The notes beneath the pieces are model-generated. The model had not been told where the DNA came from and did no database searches. It was given only the letters and a program-made list of their open reading frames with translations. DNA of 64,000 bases from Patescibacteria group bacterium. Lineage in GTDB: Bacteria; Patescibacteriota; Minisyncoccia; RBG-13-40-8-A. The position numbers and the translations under genes were made by a program. Within the stretch, counting starts at the first letter, position 1; every line of letters begins with the position of its first letter. Where the stretch lies: assembly GCA_043807255.1 (NCBI GenBank), contig JAZDGD010000001.1, positions 8,464-72,463 on the forward strand, in the 5' to 3' direction. Below are positions 37,506-46,205 of this stretch, one piece after another.

Positions 37506-38282
37506 ATGCTTTCAAAATTTATTCAACAATTACGTCAGAAAAATAATTTAACCCAAGAATATTTGGCGTCTAAGTTAAACATGTCTCGTCCCACATACGC
37601 CCAAATAGAACAAGGAGAGAGAGAGTTAAATATTTCAGAAGCAAACAAATTGTCTGAAGTTTTTAATGTTTCACGGGAGAATTTATTAAATGAAATAGAT
37701 TCTAGTATTATGATAGATGTTCAAAATGATAAGGCCTTAAGCACAAAAGAGAAGATGGGGATTAGAATCAATGTTCCTCAAAAAAATATTAAGAAGTTTA
37801 AAGAAATATTCTTGTACGTTTTGTCGAAGATTGGTAGCAAGCTTAATGTCGGCGAAAGTGTTTTAAACAAACTTTTTTACTTTATCGATTTTGATTATTA
37901 TGAAAAATATGAGGAACAAATAATCGGGGCCACTTATATAAAAAATCATTATGGGCCAACTCCGTGCGAATTCAAAAAAATCATAGAAGAAATGAAGAAA
38001 AGTAATGAAATCGAAGAGGTAAAAAGTAAATATTTTCAATTTGATCAGAAGAAGTTTTTACCATTAAGGAAGCCGAACCTTGATATTTTGACCGCCAGAG
38101 AAACGGAGCATATTGATGATGTTTTAAGTCGTCTTTCTGATAAAAGTGCCAATGAAATCAAAGAATATTCACATGGCGATATGCCATTTTTGGTGCATAG
38201 GGACGGAGAAAAAATAAACTACGAAAGCGTTTTTTATCGTGATGAAAAGTATTCGGTAAGAACATATGACGATGAGCTTTGA
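37506..38282 (+). CDS. HTH-XRE + Panacea (DUF4065) domain fusion, antitoxin-like
   Basis: N-terminal XRE HTH (LTQEYLASKLNMSRPTYAQIEQGER) followed by a Panacea core (LNKLFYFIDFDYYEKY...GATYIKNHYGPTP). Confidence 0.65.
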   Translation: MLSKFIQQLRQKNNLTQEYLASKLNMSRPTYAQIEQGERELNISEANKLSEVFNVSRENLLNEIDSSIMIDVQNDKALSTKEKMGIRINVPQKNIKKFKEIFLYVLSKIGSKLNVGESVLNKLFYFIDFDYYEKYEEQIIGATYIKNHYGPTPCEFKKIIEEMKKSNEIEEVKSKYFQFDQKKFLPLRKPNLDILTARETEHIDDVLSRLSDKSANEIKEYSHGDMPFLVHRDGEKINYESVFYRDEKYSVRTYDDEL

Positions 38283-38607
38283 TGAATTACCAGAATTTCT
38301 AAAAGAATTTAAGCATTATATCAAGAAATATAAATCACTGAGTGCCGATTTGTTAGAGTTTCAGAAAATTTTGTTAGTACGACCATTGGGCAACGGAAAA
38401 CATTTTAATGTTATTACAATTTTTGATAACGTAAAAATAGTGAAGGCAAGACTATTTTGTCGTTATTTGAAAGGGGCCTCTAATCTTAGAGTAATTTATG
38501 CTTATTGCGAAGATAGTCAAAAAATAGAATTTATAGAAATTTATTTTAAAGGAGAAAAAGAGAACGAAGACAAAGAAAGAATAAAAAATTATTTAAAAAA
38601 TTTATAA
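38266..38607 (+). CDS. RelE/ParE-superfamily-like toxin candidate
   Basis: 113 aa, overlapping the upstream stop by 17 nt. The C-terminal pattern RVIYAYCEDSQKIEFIEIYFKGEKEN resembles the RelE/ParE beta-strand core. Confidence 0.4.
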   Translation: MTMSFDELPEFLKEFKHYIKKYKSLSADLLEFQKILLVRPLGNGKHFNVITIFDNVKIVKARLFCRYLKGASNLRVIYAYCEDSQKIEFIEIYFKGEKENEDKERIKNYLKNL

Positions 38608-38696
38608 TTTCTATTTAATTATTCGTATGTCCGACGAAATCGGATGTTTTTTGTTTTAATTTGCATTTTTATAAAAAACCTTTATAATAGAGCTAT

Positions 38697-39266
38697 ATGA
38701 TGGAAGAGAATAAACCAAAAATCTCTGGTTTTAAGTACGGGTTAGATTTCGTTTGGGAAATCTTAAAAATTGTTGTAATCTCTTTGGCAATCATTGTGCC
38801 GATTAGATATTTTTTAATTCAACCGTTTTTTGTTAAGGGTGCGTCAATGGAGCCGAATTATTTAGATGGTGATTATTTAATTATTGATGAAATTAGTTAT
38901 AGGTTTGAAACGCCAAAAAGAGGAGAGGTAATTATTTTTAGATATCCTTTGGACCCAACACAGTTTTTTATAAAAAGAGTTATTGGCTTGCCAGGAGAAA
39001 CCGTTAAGGTTGAAAATGGGAAGGTAATCATTGAAGAGCAGTCTGGTAATTCATTTATTTTAGATGAATCAAAATATTTAGATGGAGTTAATACCGCCGG
39101 CAACATTGAAACAACGCTTGAGAATAACGAATATTTTGTTTTAGGGGATAATCGTAATGCGAGTTCGGATTCGCGAAGATGGGGCGAGGTTGATAAGAAA
39201 CTTATTATTGGTCGTGCTTGGTTACGTGCTTGGCCATTTAATCGTTTAGGGGCATTGTTAAAATAA
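38697..39266 (+). CDS. lepB: Signal peptidase I
   Basis: GASMEPN (catalytic Ser), KRVIGLPGE and GDNRNASSDSR boxes. Confidence 0.85.
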   Translation: MMEENKPKISGFKYGLDFVWEILKIVVISLAIIVPIRYFLIQPFFVKGASMEPNYLDGDYLIIDEISYRFETPKRGEVIIFRYPLDPTQFFIKRVIGLPGETVKVENGKVIIEEQSGNSFILDESKYLDGVNTAGNIETTLENNEYFVLGDNRNASSDSRRWGEVDKKLIIGRAWLRAWPFNRLGALLK

Positions 39267-39269
39267 TTA

Positions 39270-39404
39270 ATTGCTCGAATTTTTTATATAAAAGACACGT
39301 GTTGATTTTTTTAATAAAAAAATCACACTCTATCTCAGCCGACTGCTGTCGGCTTCCGATGCGGACTTTTATACAAATAATTCTCGCTAGGAAATAAAAG
39401 AATT
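39270..39404 (+). promoter_or_regulatory. Conserved roughly 125-nt leader element, copy B (upstream of hisS)
   Basis: See copy A. Outside the central hairpin it is near-identical to copy A. Confidence 0.5.
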
Positions 39405-40736
39405 ATGAAACAAGAAAAAAAGAAAAGAGGAAGGCCTTCAAAGCCAAGAAAACCAAAAATTTCTAAAATCAAAATTCAAGCACCAAAAGGGGTGCATGAT
39501 ATTTTGCCAGAAGAACAAAAGTACTGGGAAAAACTTTATGCCGTGATTGCACAAGTTTTGCCAGGATATGGATTTAAAAGAATTGATGTTCCAGTTTTTG
39601 AGGATGCGCGTCTTTATTTGCGCGGCACTGGGGCAAGCACAGACATTGTGCAAAAAGAGATGTACACTTTTAAAAAGGGCGATGCGGAGCTTTTCGCATT
39701 GCGTCCAGAATTTACTCCGGGGATTGTTCGTGCTTATATTGAACACGGAATGAAAAATTTACCACAACCAGTAAAACTTTATACAACTGGACAATTATTC
39801 AGACATGATAAACCACAGGCAGGCAGATTTAGACAATTTAATCAAATTGACTGGGAGATTATTGGTGACCAAGGAGCAGTAAGCGATGTGCAGGTTATTC
39901 AAACATTTACAAGCATTTTAAAGAAACTTAATCTAAAGAAATATACATTATATATTAATAGTATTGGTTGTTCGATTTGTGTTCCTAAATACAAAAAAGC
40001 GTTAATTGGTTATTATCGACAACGCTTAAATAATGTTTGCCCGGATTGTCACCGCAGGTTCAAAGAAAACCCATTAAGATTATTGGATTGTAAAAATGAG
40101 AAATGTCAGAAAACATCTCTAAAGTCACCACAGATATTAGATTTTCTTTGTGACGAATGCCATAAACATTTTAAAGAAGTTTTAGAATTTCTTGATGAAT
40201 TAGAAATTCCTTATCAATTAAATCCTCAATTGGTCAGAGGCCTTGATTATTATACAAAAACAGTTTTCGAATTTTATGAAGATACCAAAGAGACCTCATC
40301 CCAGGGAGCATTGATGGGTGGGGGCAGATATGACAATCTTGTAGAAATGTTTAAAGGCAGATCAACGCCAGGAGTTGGTGCGGCAGCGGGAATGGAACGA
40401 CTTATAAATGTAATAAAAAAACAGGACGTTAAATTGATAGAAAAAGAAAAATCAAAAGTGTTTCTTATTCAACTGGGAGACATGGGCAGGAAGAAGTGTT
40501 TAAAATTATTCGAAGAGTTTCATTCCAAGGGCATAAAAATTGGCGAAGCATTTTCAAAAGAGAGCATTAAGTCACAGCTAAAGGTCGCAGACAAAGAGGG
40601 CGCGGAATGGGCATTGATTATGGGTCAGAGAGAAGCACTCGAAGACACCATAATTATCAAAGATATGAAAACAGGCGCTCAAGAAACAATAAGATTAGAT
40701 AGAATAATTAACGAGGTTAAAAAAAGAATAGGGTAA
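39405..40736 (+). CDS. hisS: Histidine--tRNA ligase
   Basis: Class II motifs (RPEFTPG, GGGRYDNL). It has a Lys/Arg-rich N-terminal extension and an internal Cys4 insertion. Confidence 0.9.
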   Translation: MKQEKKKRGRPSKPRKPKISKIKIQAPKGVHDILPEEQKYWEKLYAVIAQVLPGYGFKRIDVPVFEDARLYLRGTGASTDIVQKEMYTFKKGDAELFALRPEFTPGIVRAYIEHGMKNLPQPVKLYTTGQLFRHDKPQAGRFRQFNQIDWEIIGDQGAVSDVQVIQTFTSILKKLNLKKYTLYINSIGCSICVPKYKKALIGYYRQRLNNVCPDCHRRFKENPLRLLDCKNEKCQKTSLKSPQILDFLCDECHKHFKEVLEFLDELEIPYQLNPQLVRGLDYYTKTVFEFYEDTKETSSQGALMGGGRYDNLVEMFKGRSTPGVGAAAGMERLINVIKKQDVKLIEKEKSKVFLIQLGDMGRKKCLKLFEEFHSKGIKIGEAFSKESIKSQLKVADKEGAEWALIMGQREALEDTIIIKDMKTGAQETIRLDRIINEVKKRIG

Positions 40737-40743
40737 AATCAAT

Positions 40744-40956
40744 ATGCAAGTTACAAAAAAACCAAGAGAAAATGTATCTTCTTTAATGAGACGTTTTTCG
40801 CAAAAGGTAAGAGAAAGTGGGATTTTAATGGAAGCAAAAAAGTCACAATTTCGTACAAAACCACAAAGCAGAATTATACGCAGAAAAGGTGCCTTAGAGA
40901 GGGTCTCAATTAGAAAAGCGAAGATGCGTTTAAGAAAATTTGGAAAAATTAAATAA
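40744..40956 (+). CDS. rpsU: 30S ribosomal protein S21
   Basis: 70-aa basic protein matching the S21 pattern (PRENVSSLMRRFSQKVRESGIL...RKAKMRLRK). Confidence 0.85.
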   Translation: MQVTKKPRENVSSLMRRFSQKVRESGILMEAKKSQFRTKPQSRIIRRKGALERVSIRKAKMRLRKFGKIK

Positions 40957-41012
40957 TTAAATATTATTCGTAGATTCGTATATCAATTCGTAGATTCGAA
41001 TAATACATTCAT

Positions 41013-41501
41013 ATGTTACGAGAAAAAATTAATAGCGATATTAAACAAGCAATGATTGCGAAGCAAGAATTGTTGCTTTTAGTTTTAAGGGGAGTCAATG
41101 CTTCAATTAAAAACAAAGAAATTGAAAAAAGGACGAAGCTCGTCAAGACTGAAAAAGATTTAACAAAATTAGAGGGATTGTGTAAGTTAAATGACGAAGA
41201 AATAATTGACGTTATTTCTGGCGAAGCAAAAAAAAGAAAAGATTCAATTTTTGAATTTGGAAAAGGAAATAGACAGGACTTGGTAGATAAAGAACAAAAA
41301 GAATTGGAAATTTTAAAACAATATTTACCAGAACAAATGTCAGAAGATGCAATAAGAGAAATTGTGAAAAAGGCAGTCGAAGAAACTGGCGCAGTTGGAC
41401 CGAAAGATACCGGGAAGGTAATGTCCAAAATTATGCCACAAGTCAAAGGCAAAGCCGATGGCTCGATGGTCAGTAAGATCGTTGGAGAATTGTTAAAATA
41501 A
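41013..41501 (+). CDS. GatB/YqeY domain protein
   Basis: YqeY-like C-terminal motif (AVGPKDTGKVMSKIMPQVKGKADGSMVSKIV). Confidence 0.75.
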   Translation: MLREKINSDIKQAMIAKQELLLLVLRGVNASIKNKEIEKRTKLVKTEKDLTKLEGLCKLNDEEIIDVISGEAKKRKDSIFEFGKGNRQDLVDKEQKELEILKQYLPEQMSEDAIREIVKKAVEETGAVGPKDTGKVMSKIMPQVKGKADGSMVSKIVGELLK

Positions 41502-41522
41502 TTTAATAATTAATTTAATAAT

Positions 41523-43100
41523 ATGAATCAAGAATTACAAGATTACATTAAAAAGGCCCGAGTGGCAGGGATGAATGACGGGCAAATAAAGCAAGAACTA
41601 TTAAAAGTGGGATGGCAAGAACAAGATATTAATCAAGAGTTTAGCGGTGTGTCTGCCTCTCTTCCTGCACCGATATCGAATTCTATTCCGCAAGAAACAA
41701 TCGAACGAGAAGATTTTTCTAAATATGTTAAACCGGAAAAGAACAATAAATCTAAAATTTTAATTTCAATTATTGTTTTGGCATTGATTGCAGTCGGGGT
41801 GTTGGGTTACATGTTTTTAATTAAGCCAGCAATCTCTAAAAATGCTGGTTCGTGGGAAACATATGAGGACGATCTGTATGGGATTCAATTTAAATACCCA
41901 GAAGCTTTGAAGTTGGTAAAAGATACTGGAGTTTCAAAAGAATTTTTTGGAGGTGGGAATGCGGTATTGCGAACCGAAACCTTTTTGAATTTAGGGGAAT
42001 ATAAATCGGAGGATCCTTTAAATAGCTCACAAACAGTAGATATAAATGTTTATAGAAACGCAGAAGTGGATGAAATTCCATTTTTGGGAGATTGTACAAA
42101 TATGGATAAAATAAGCGAAAATGATATTTCTTTCGGTAATAAAACCGCAAAAGAAATGGTTTGTGGTTTTCAAATTGATAAATATCCGGACATTTATAAA
42201 GATTACAAGGGTCCAAAAGTTATAAGAGAATATATTGTTAAAAATGCAGATTTTAGTTATTTTATAAAAACTTTTGTTTGTGACGGAGAAAGTAAAAGCG
42301 ACGACTGTAATAAATTTATTTCAAACTTTAAATTTGTTGAGTCAAAAATAAATTTAATGGCTTTCGGGAAAATTTATAAACAAAATTCAGATTGGTACCT
42401 GAGCCATATGAAGCCAGGGGTGGGATACGGCGGATTTTTTAGTTACACCAAAGAAGAAATTAAATTAGACATAGATAATGCTATTTGTGGAGAGACAAAA
42501 GATACAAATCAATTAGACTTTGACCCAACAAAAATCGAATCTATCTCATACAAGGATTGCAAAGAATACCTTGCGGGTAATGCACCAGATGAAGCAGGCA
42601 TAGAGGGAACATTAAATGGAAACGAAATAATTGTTAAACGAATAATACTTAAATCAAGCCAAGAAATTTTAAATAATTCAGGAGATCAGCCAAATCAGGA
42701 TGCAAACAAGAACTTAACAAAAAATTGTGGCTTGATCGAAAATATGAGGGCAATTGTTGATACGGATGATCCTTACTTAAATACAGAGTTTAATGATGGT
42801 TTTAAGTGTATGCAGGGGGCGCTTTTGAATGATTGTCAAATGGCTAGTTTGGATACGGCGAGTACGATGGATGGAGATGTTATTAAAATGTTTTATAAAA
42901 TTCGAGGCAAGGAAAAAGAAAGTTGTTTAATCTCCGTTGAAATTCCGGGCATGAAACCTAGTATTTGTAGGATCCCATTAAATAAAATACCAGAGTTCAA
43001 AGCAGAGAATGATAAAAATGAGCACAGTGACGCAAGTTTGTTTAATTTCGTGGTTGACGGGGCCATGAAAGATGATCCAAGGGTTATTTGTGAAGATTAA
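41523..43100 (+). CDS. Membrane-anchored extracellular Cys-rich protein; N-domain paralogous to the protein at 5797
   Basis: Shared N-terminal motif (YIKxxRxxGxxDGQIxxxLLxxGWxxxDINxxF), a single TM and a large Cys-containing ectodomain. Confidence 0.4.
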   Translation: MNQELQDYIKKARVAGMNDGQIKQELLKVGWQEQDINQEFSGVSASLPAPISNSIPQETIEREDFSKYVKPEKNNKSKILISIIVLALIAVGVLGYMFLIKPAISKNAGSWETYEDDLYGIQFKYPEALKLVKDTGVSKEFFGGGNAVLRTETFLNLGEYKSEDPLNSSQTVDINVYRNAEVDEIPFLGDCTNMDKISENDISFGNKTAKEMVCGFQIDKYPDIYKDYKGPKVIREYIVKNADFSYFIKTFVCDGESKSDDCNKFISNFKFVESKINLMAFGKIYKQNSDWYLSHMKPGVGYGGFFSYTKEEIKLDIDNAICGETKDTNQLDFDPTKIESISYKDCKEYLAGNAPDEAGIEGTLNGNEIIVKRIILKSSQEILNNSGDQPNQDANKNLTKNCGLIENMRAIVDTDDPYLNTEFNDGFKCMQGALLNDCQMASLDTASTMDGDVIKMFYKIRGKEKESCLISVEIPGMKPSICRIPLNKIPEFKAENDKNEHSDASLFNFVVDGAMKDDPRVICED

Positions 43101-43280
43101 AAATCGTTGGAGAATTATTAAAATAAATTATGAAAATATGAACAACGAAATAAATATTTTTACGAAAAAATTGCCAGGATGGATATTTGTCGTGGCAATG
43201 TTTTTCGCAGCAGTCGCGGTTGTTTTAATCGCGCAAGGCGCTTTTTTAATAATTGATGACATGAGCAGAATATAATAGTA

Positions 43281-43673
43281 ATGAAAGTCGAGATAAATAA
43301 ATTAGTTTCCGATAAGATTGATTTGAAATTTTTAGAGAAATTTGCACAAAAAGTGCTAAAATTAATGAAGTTGAACGTCGTTAATTTGAGTATCGCGATT
43401 GTTGATGACGCAAAAATGAAGGCGTTAAATAAGAAGTATCGCAAAAAAAATAAAACAACGGACGTATTGTCGTTCGATTATGGGGAAATAATTATTTGTT
43501 TAAATCAGGCCAAGAGACAAGCAAAAAAAGAAAAACATTCCTTAGAACAAGAATTAGAAATGTTGTTACTTCATGGTATACTGCATTTAGCGGGGTACGA
43601 TGACCAAACAAAAAAAGATTATAATAAGATGATAATTAGGCAAGGGGGAATATGGCGAGAAATCAAATTATAG
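43281..43673 (+). CDS. ybeY: Endoribonuclease YbeY (rRNA maturation factor)
   Basis: HGILHLAGYDDQ zinc-binding motif. Confidence 0.8.
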   Translation: MKVEINKLVSDKIDLKFLEKFAQKVLKLMKLNVVNLSIAIVDDAKMKALNKKYRKKNKTTDVLSFDYGEIIICLNQAKRQAKKEKHSLEQELEMLLLHGILHLAGYDDQTKKDYNKMIIRQGGIWREIKL

Positions 43674-44911
43674 TTGGGTTAGATGTTGGCACGAGCAAGG
43701 TTAGGACCGTGGTGGCATCAATTAAAACCAAAGAGGAGGCAAAGCCAAGAATTATTGGTATTGGCGAGAGCAATTCTTTTGGTATGCGCAAAGGTATGGT
43801 CGTGGATATTGAAGAAATGACCAAAAGTATTAAAAAATCAATTGAACAAGCCGAGAGAATGATTGGCGATCCGATTGACAAGGTCTACGTAGCAGTTGGC
43901 GGGAGCCATATTAAGGCCAGAAGCAGTAAGGGAGTCGCAGCTGTTTCGCGAGCAGATAATAATGAATTTACTGATGGCGATATGAATCGCGCAATTACCA
44001 ATGCTTCTGCTGTTTCTCTGGGGCCGAATAAAGAAATTTTAGACATTATTTCACAAGAATTTAATATTGATGGTCAGGGAGGAATTCAAGATCCAAGAGG
44101 AATGAGTGGTGTGCGACTCGAGGTAGACACACTAATTATTGAAGGACAGGCACAATATTTGAAAAATTTAAGAAAGTGTTTAACTTTAAATAGAATTGAA
44201 CCAGAGGCGTTAATTTTAGATGTTTTGGCCGCGTCTGACGCGGTGCTTTCAAAAAAACAAAAAGAATTAGGAGTATTGGTTTTAGATTTAGGCGCGGGCA
44301 CAACTGGCATGGCAGTGTATGAAGAAGGTAAGTTGTTAGATGTACAAATTTTGCCAATTGGTTCTAGCCACATTACGTACGATATAGCAATTGGCTTAAA
44401 AACCAGTCCCGATGTTGCGGAAAAAATTAAAATTGCTTATGGTACCTGTTTGCCAGAAGAAATTGGCAAAAAAGATATTATTGATTTATCAAAAATAGAT
44501 GAGAACGAAGAAGGGGTTGCGAGTCGAAAAGAAATGTCACGGATTATTGAGGCGAGAATTGATGAGATTTTTGAATTAGCAAACAGAGAATTAAAAAGAA
44601 TTAACAGAGAAAGAAAATTGCCCTCGGGAGTTATTTTGGTTGGCGGTGGTTCGAAAATTTCAGGCATTATTGATTTAGCAAAAGACAAATTGAAATTAAA
44701 TGTTCAGATTGGATATCCGCAAGAAATTGATGGTTTAGTTGATAAGGTTGATGATCCATGCTTTGCGACGGCGGTGGGGTTAATTCACAAAGCAATGGAA
44801 TTACAAGACAGGGGGGAGAATATGAGAATTCCGTTTATTGGAAACTTGAATCATAAAAGCAAGGGCTTGTTAGATAGAATTAAGAAGTTGTTTAGACCCT
44901 TTATTCCCTAG
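43652..44911 (+). CDS. ftsA: Cell division protein FtsA
   Basis: Actin-like fold motifs (IVGLDVGTSKVR, VLDLGAGTT, ILVGGGS). Confidence 0.9.
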   Translation: MARNQIIVGLDVGTSKVRTVVASIKTKEEAKPRIIGIGESNSFGMRKGMVVDIEEMTKSIKKSIEQAERMIGDPIDKVYVAVGGSHIKARSSKGVAAVSRADNNEFTDGDMNRAITNASAVSLGPNKEILDIISQEFNIDGQGGIQDPRGMSGVRLEVDTLIIEGQAQYLKNLRKCLTLNRIEPEALILDVLAASDAVLSKKQKELGVLVLDLGAGTTGMAVYEEGKLLDVQILPIGSSHITYDIAIGLKTSPDVAEKIKIAYGTCLPEEIGKKDIIDLSKIDENEEGVASRKEMSRIIEARIDEIFELANRELKRINRERKLPSGVILVGGGSKISGIIDLAKDKLKLNVQIGYPQEIDGLVDKVDDPCFATAVGLIHKAMELQDRGENMRIPFIGNLNHKSKGLLDRIKKLFRPFIP

Positions 44912-44969
44912 CCCTTGATTATTTTTTTGATTTGATATAGTATGGAATTCTAGTAAAATACTACAAAAC

Positions 44970-46121
44970 ATGCCCCAAATCAAACCAGAAATTGAAACAT
45001 TTGCCCGCATTAAAGTTGTGGGAGTTGGCGGAAGTGGTTGTAACGCCATTAGTCGTATGATGTCCTGTGGAATCAAGGGCGTTGATTTTGTTGCCATTAA
45101 TACTGATGTTCAGGCATTACACAACAATAAGGCGCAACACAAAATTCATATTGGAAAAGTTTTGACGCGAGGTATGGGTGCGGGCATGAATCCAGAAATT
45201 GGCAGAAGAGCAGCTGAAGAAAATAAAGAAGAAATTCAACAAGCACTTCGTGGTTCAGATATGGTTTTTGTAACATGTGGTTTGGGTGGTGGCACAGGTT
45301 CGGGTGCTTCGTCTGTTGTGGCAGAACTTGCCAGAGAAACAGGAGCATTAACCGTGGCCGTTGTTACCAAGCCTTTTTCTTTTGAAGGCACACAAAGAAT
45401 GAGAATCGCCGAAGAGGCATTGACGGACTTAAAGCAGAAAGTAGATACAATAATTGTAATTCCTAATGATCGACTTTTAAATATTATCGATAAGAAGATT
45501 TCTCTTTTAAATGCATTTGGAATCGTTGATGATGTTTTGCGTCAAGCAGTTCAAGGAATTTCTGATTTAATTATTTATCCAGGTATTGTCAATTTGGATT
45601 TTGCAGACATTAAAACAATAATGGAAAACTCTGGTCCAGCAATCATGGGCATAGGACGAGCTACGGGAGAAGACAGGGCGATTGAAGCAGCAAAAGCAGC
45701 AATCAGTTCTCCGTTATTAGAATTTTCAATTGAAGGCGCAAAAGGGGTTTTATTTAATGTTACTGGTGGTTCTGATTTAGGAATGATTGAAGTTGCCGAA
45801 GCGGCGAAAGTAATTACCGAATCAGCGGATAAAGATGCAAAAGTTATTTTCGGCGCAGTTATCGATGAAAAAATTAAAAAGGGCGAAATAAAAATCACAG
45901 TTATTGCAACTGGGTTTAACCACAATGGTTCGAGTCATTCTAATCAAATGTCGATAACTTCAGAAATGAATGCGCCAATTAATGTTGAGGTTGAAAAAAG
46001 AAGAATAATTAGCAAAGAAATTATTAAAGAAGAAAATACAAAAACAGGATACAAGAGTCCATTGGCCGATGACAGCGGTGACGAATGGGACATTCCTACA
46101 TTTTTAAGAAAAAAGAAATAA
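44970..46121 (+). CDS. ftsZ: Cell division protein FtsZ
   Basis: Tubulin signature GGGTGSG and IKVVGVGGSGCNA. Confidence 0.95.
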   Translation: MPQIKPEIETFARIKVVGVGGSGCNAISRMMSCGIKGVDFVAINTDVQALHNNKAQHKIHIGKVLTRGMGAGMNPEIGRRAAEENKEEIQQALRGSDMVFVTCGLGGGTGSGASSVVAELARETGALTVAVVTKPFSFEGTQRMRIAEEALTDLKQKVDTIIVIPNDRLLNIIDKKISLLNAFGIVDDVLRQAVQGISDLIIYPGIVNLDFADIKTIMENSGPAIMGIGRATGEDRAIEAAKAAISSPLLEFSIEGAKGVLFNVTGGSDLGMIEVAEAAKVITESADKDAKVIFGAVIDEKIKKGEIKITVIATGFNHNGSSHSNQMSITSEMNAPINVEVEKRRIISKEIIKEENTKTGYKSPLADDSGDEWDIPTFLRKKK

Positions 46122-46205
46122 AAAATTTGTTTTATTAGATCAAAAATTTCGCCCCTTGCGCGAAATTTTTTAATAGTTTAAAATTAAGTATCGGGTTTCA
46201 ATTTT

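Noticed and set aside
40960-41000. Direct repeat attcgtagattcg x2 within an inverted ttattcg...cgaataa between rpsU and the yqeY-like gene
   Set aside because: Short, single-locus and AT-rich. It may be a promoter or operator but there is no further support.
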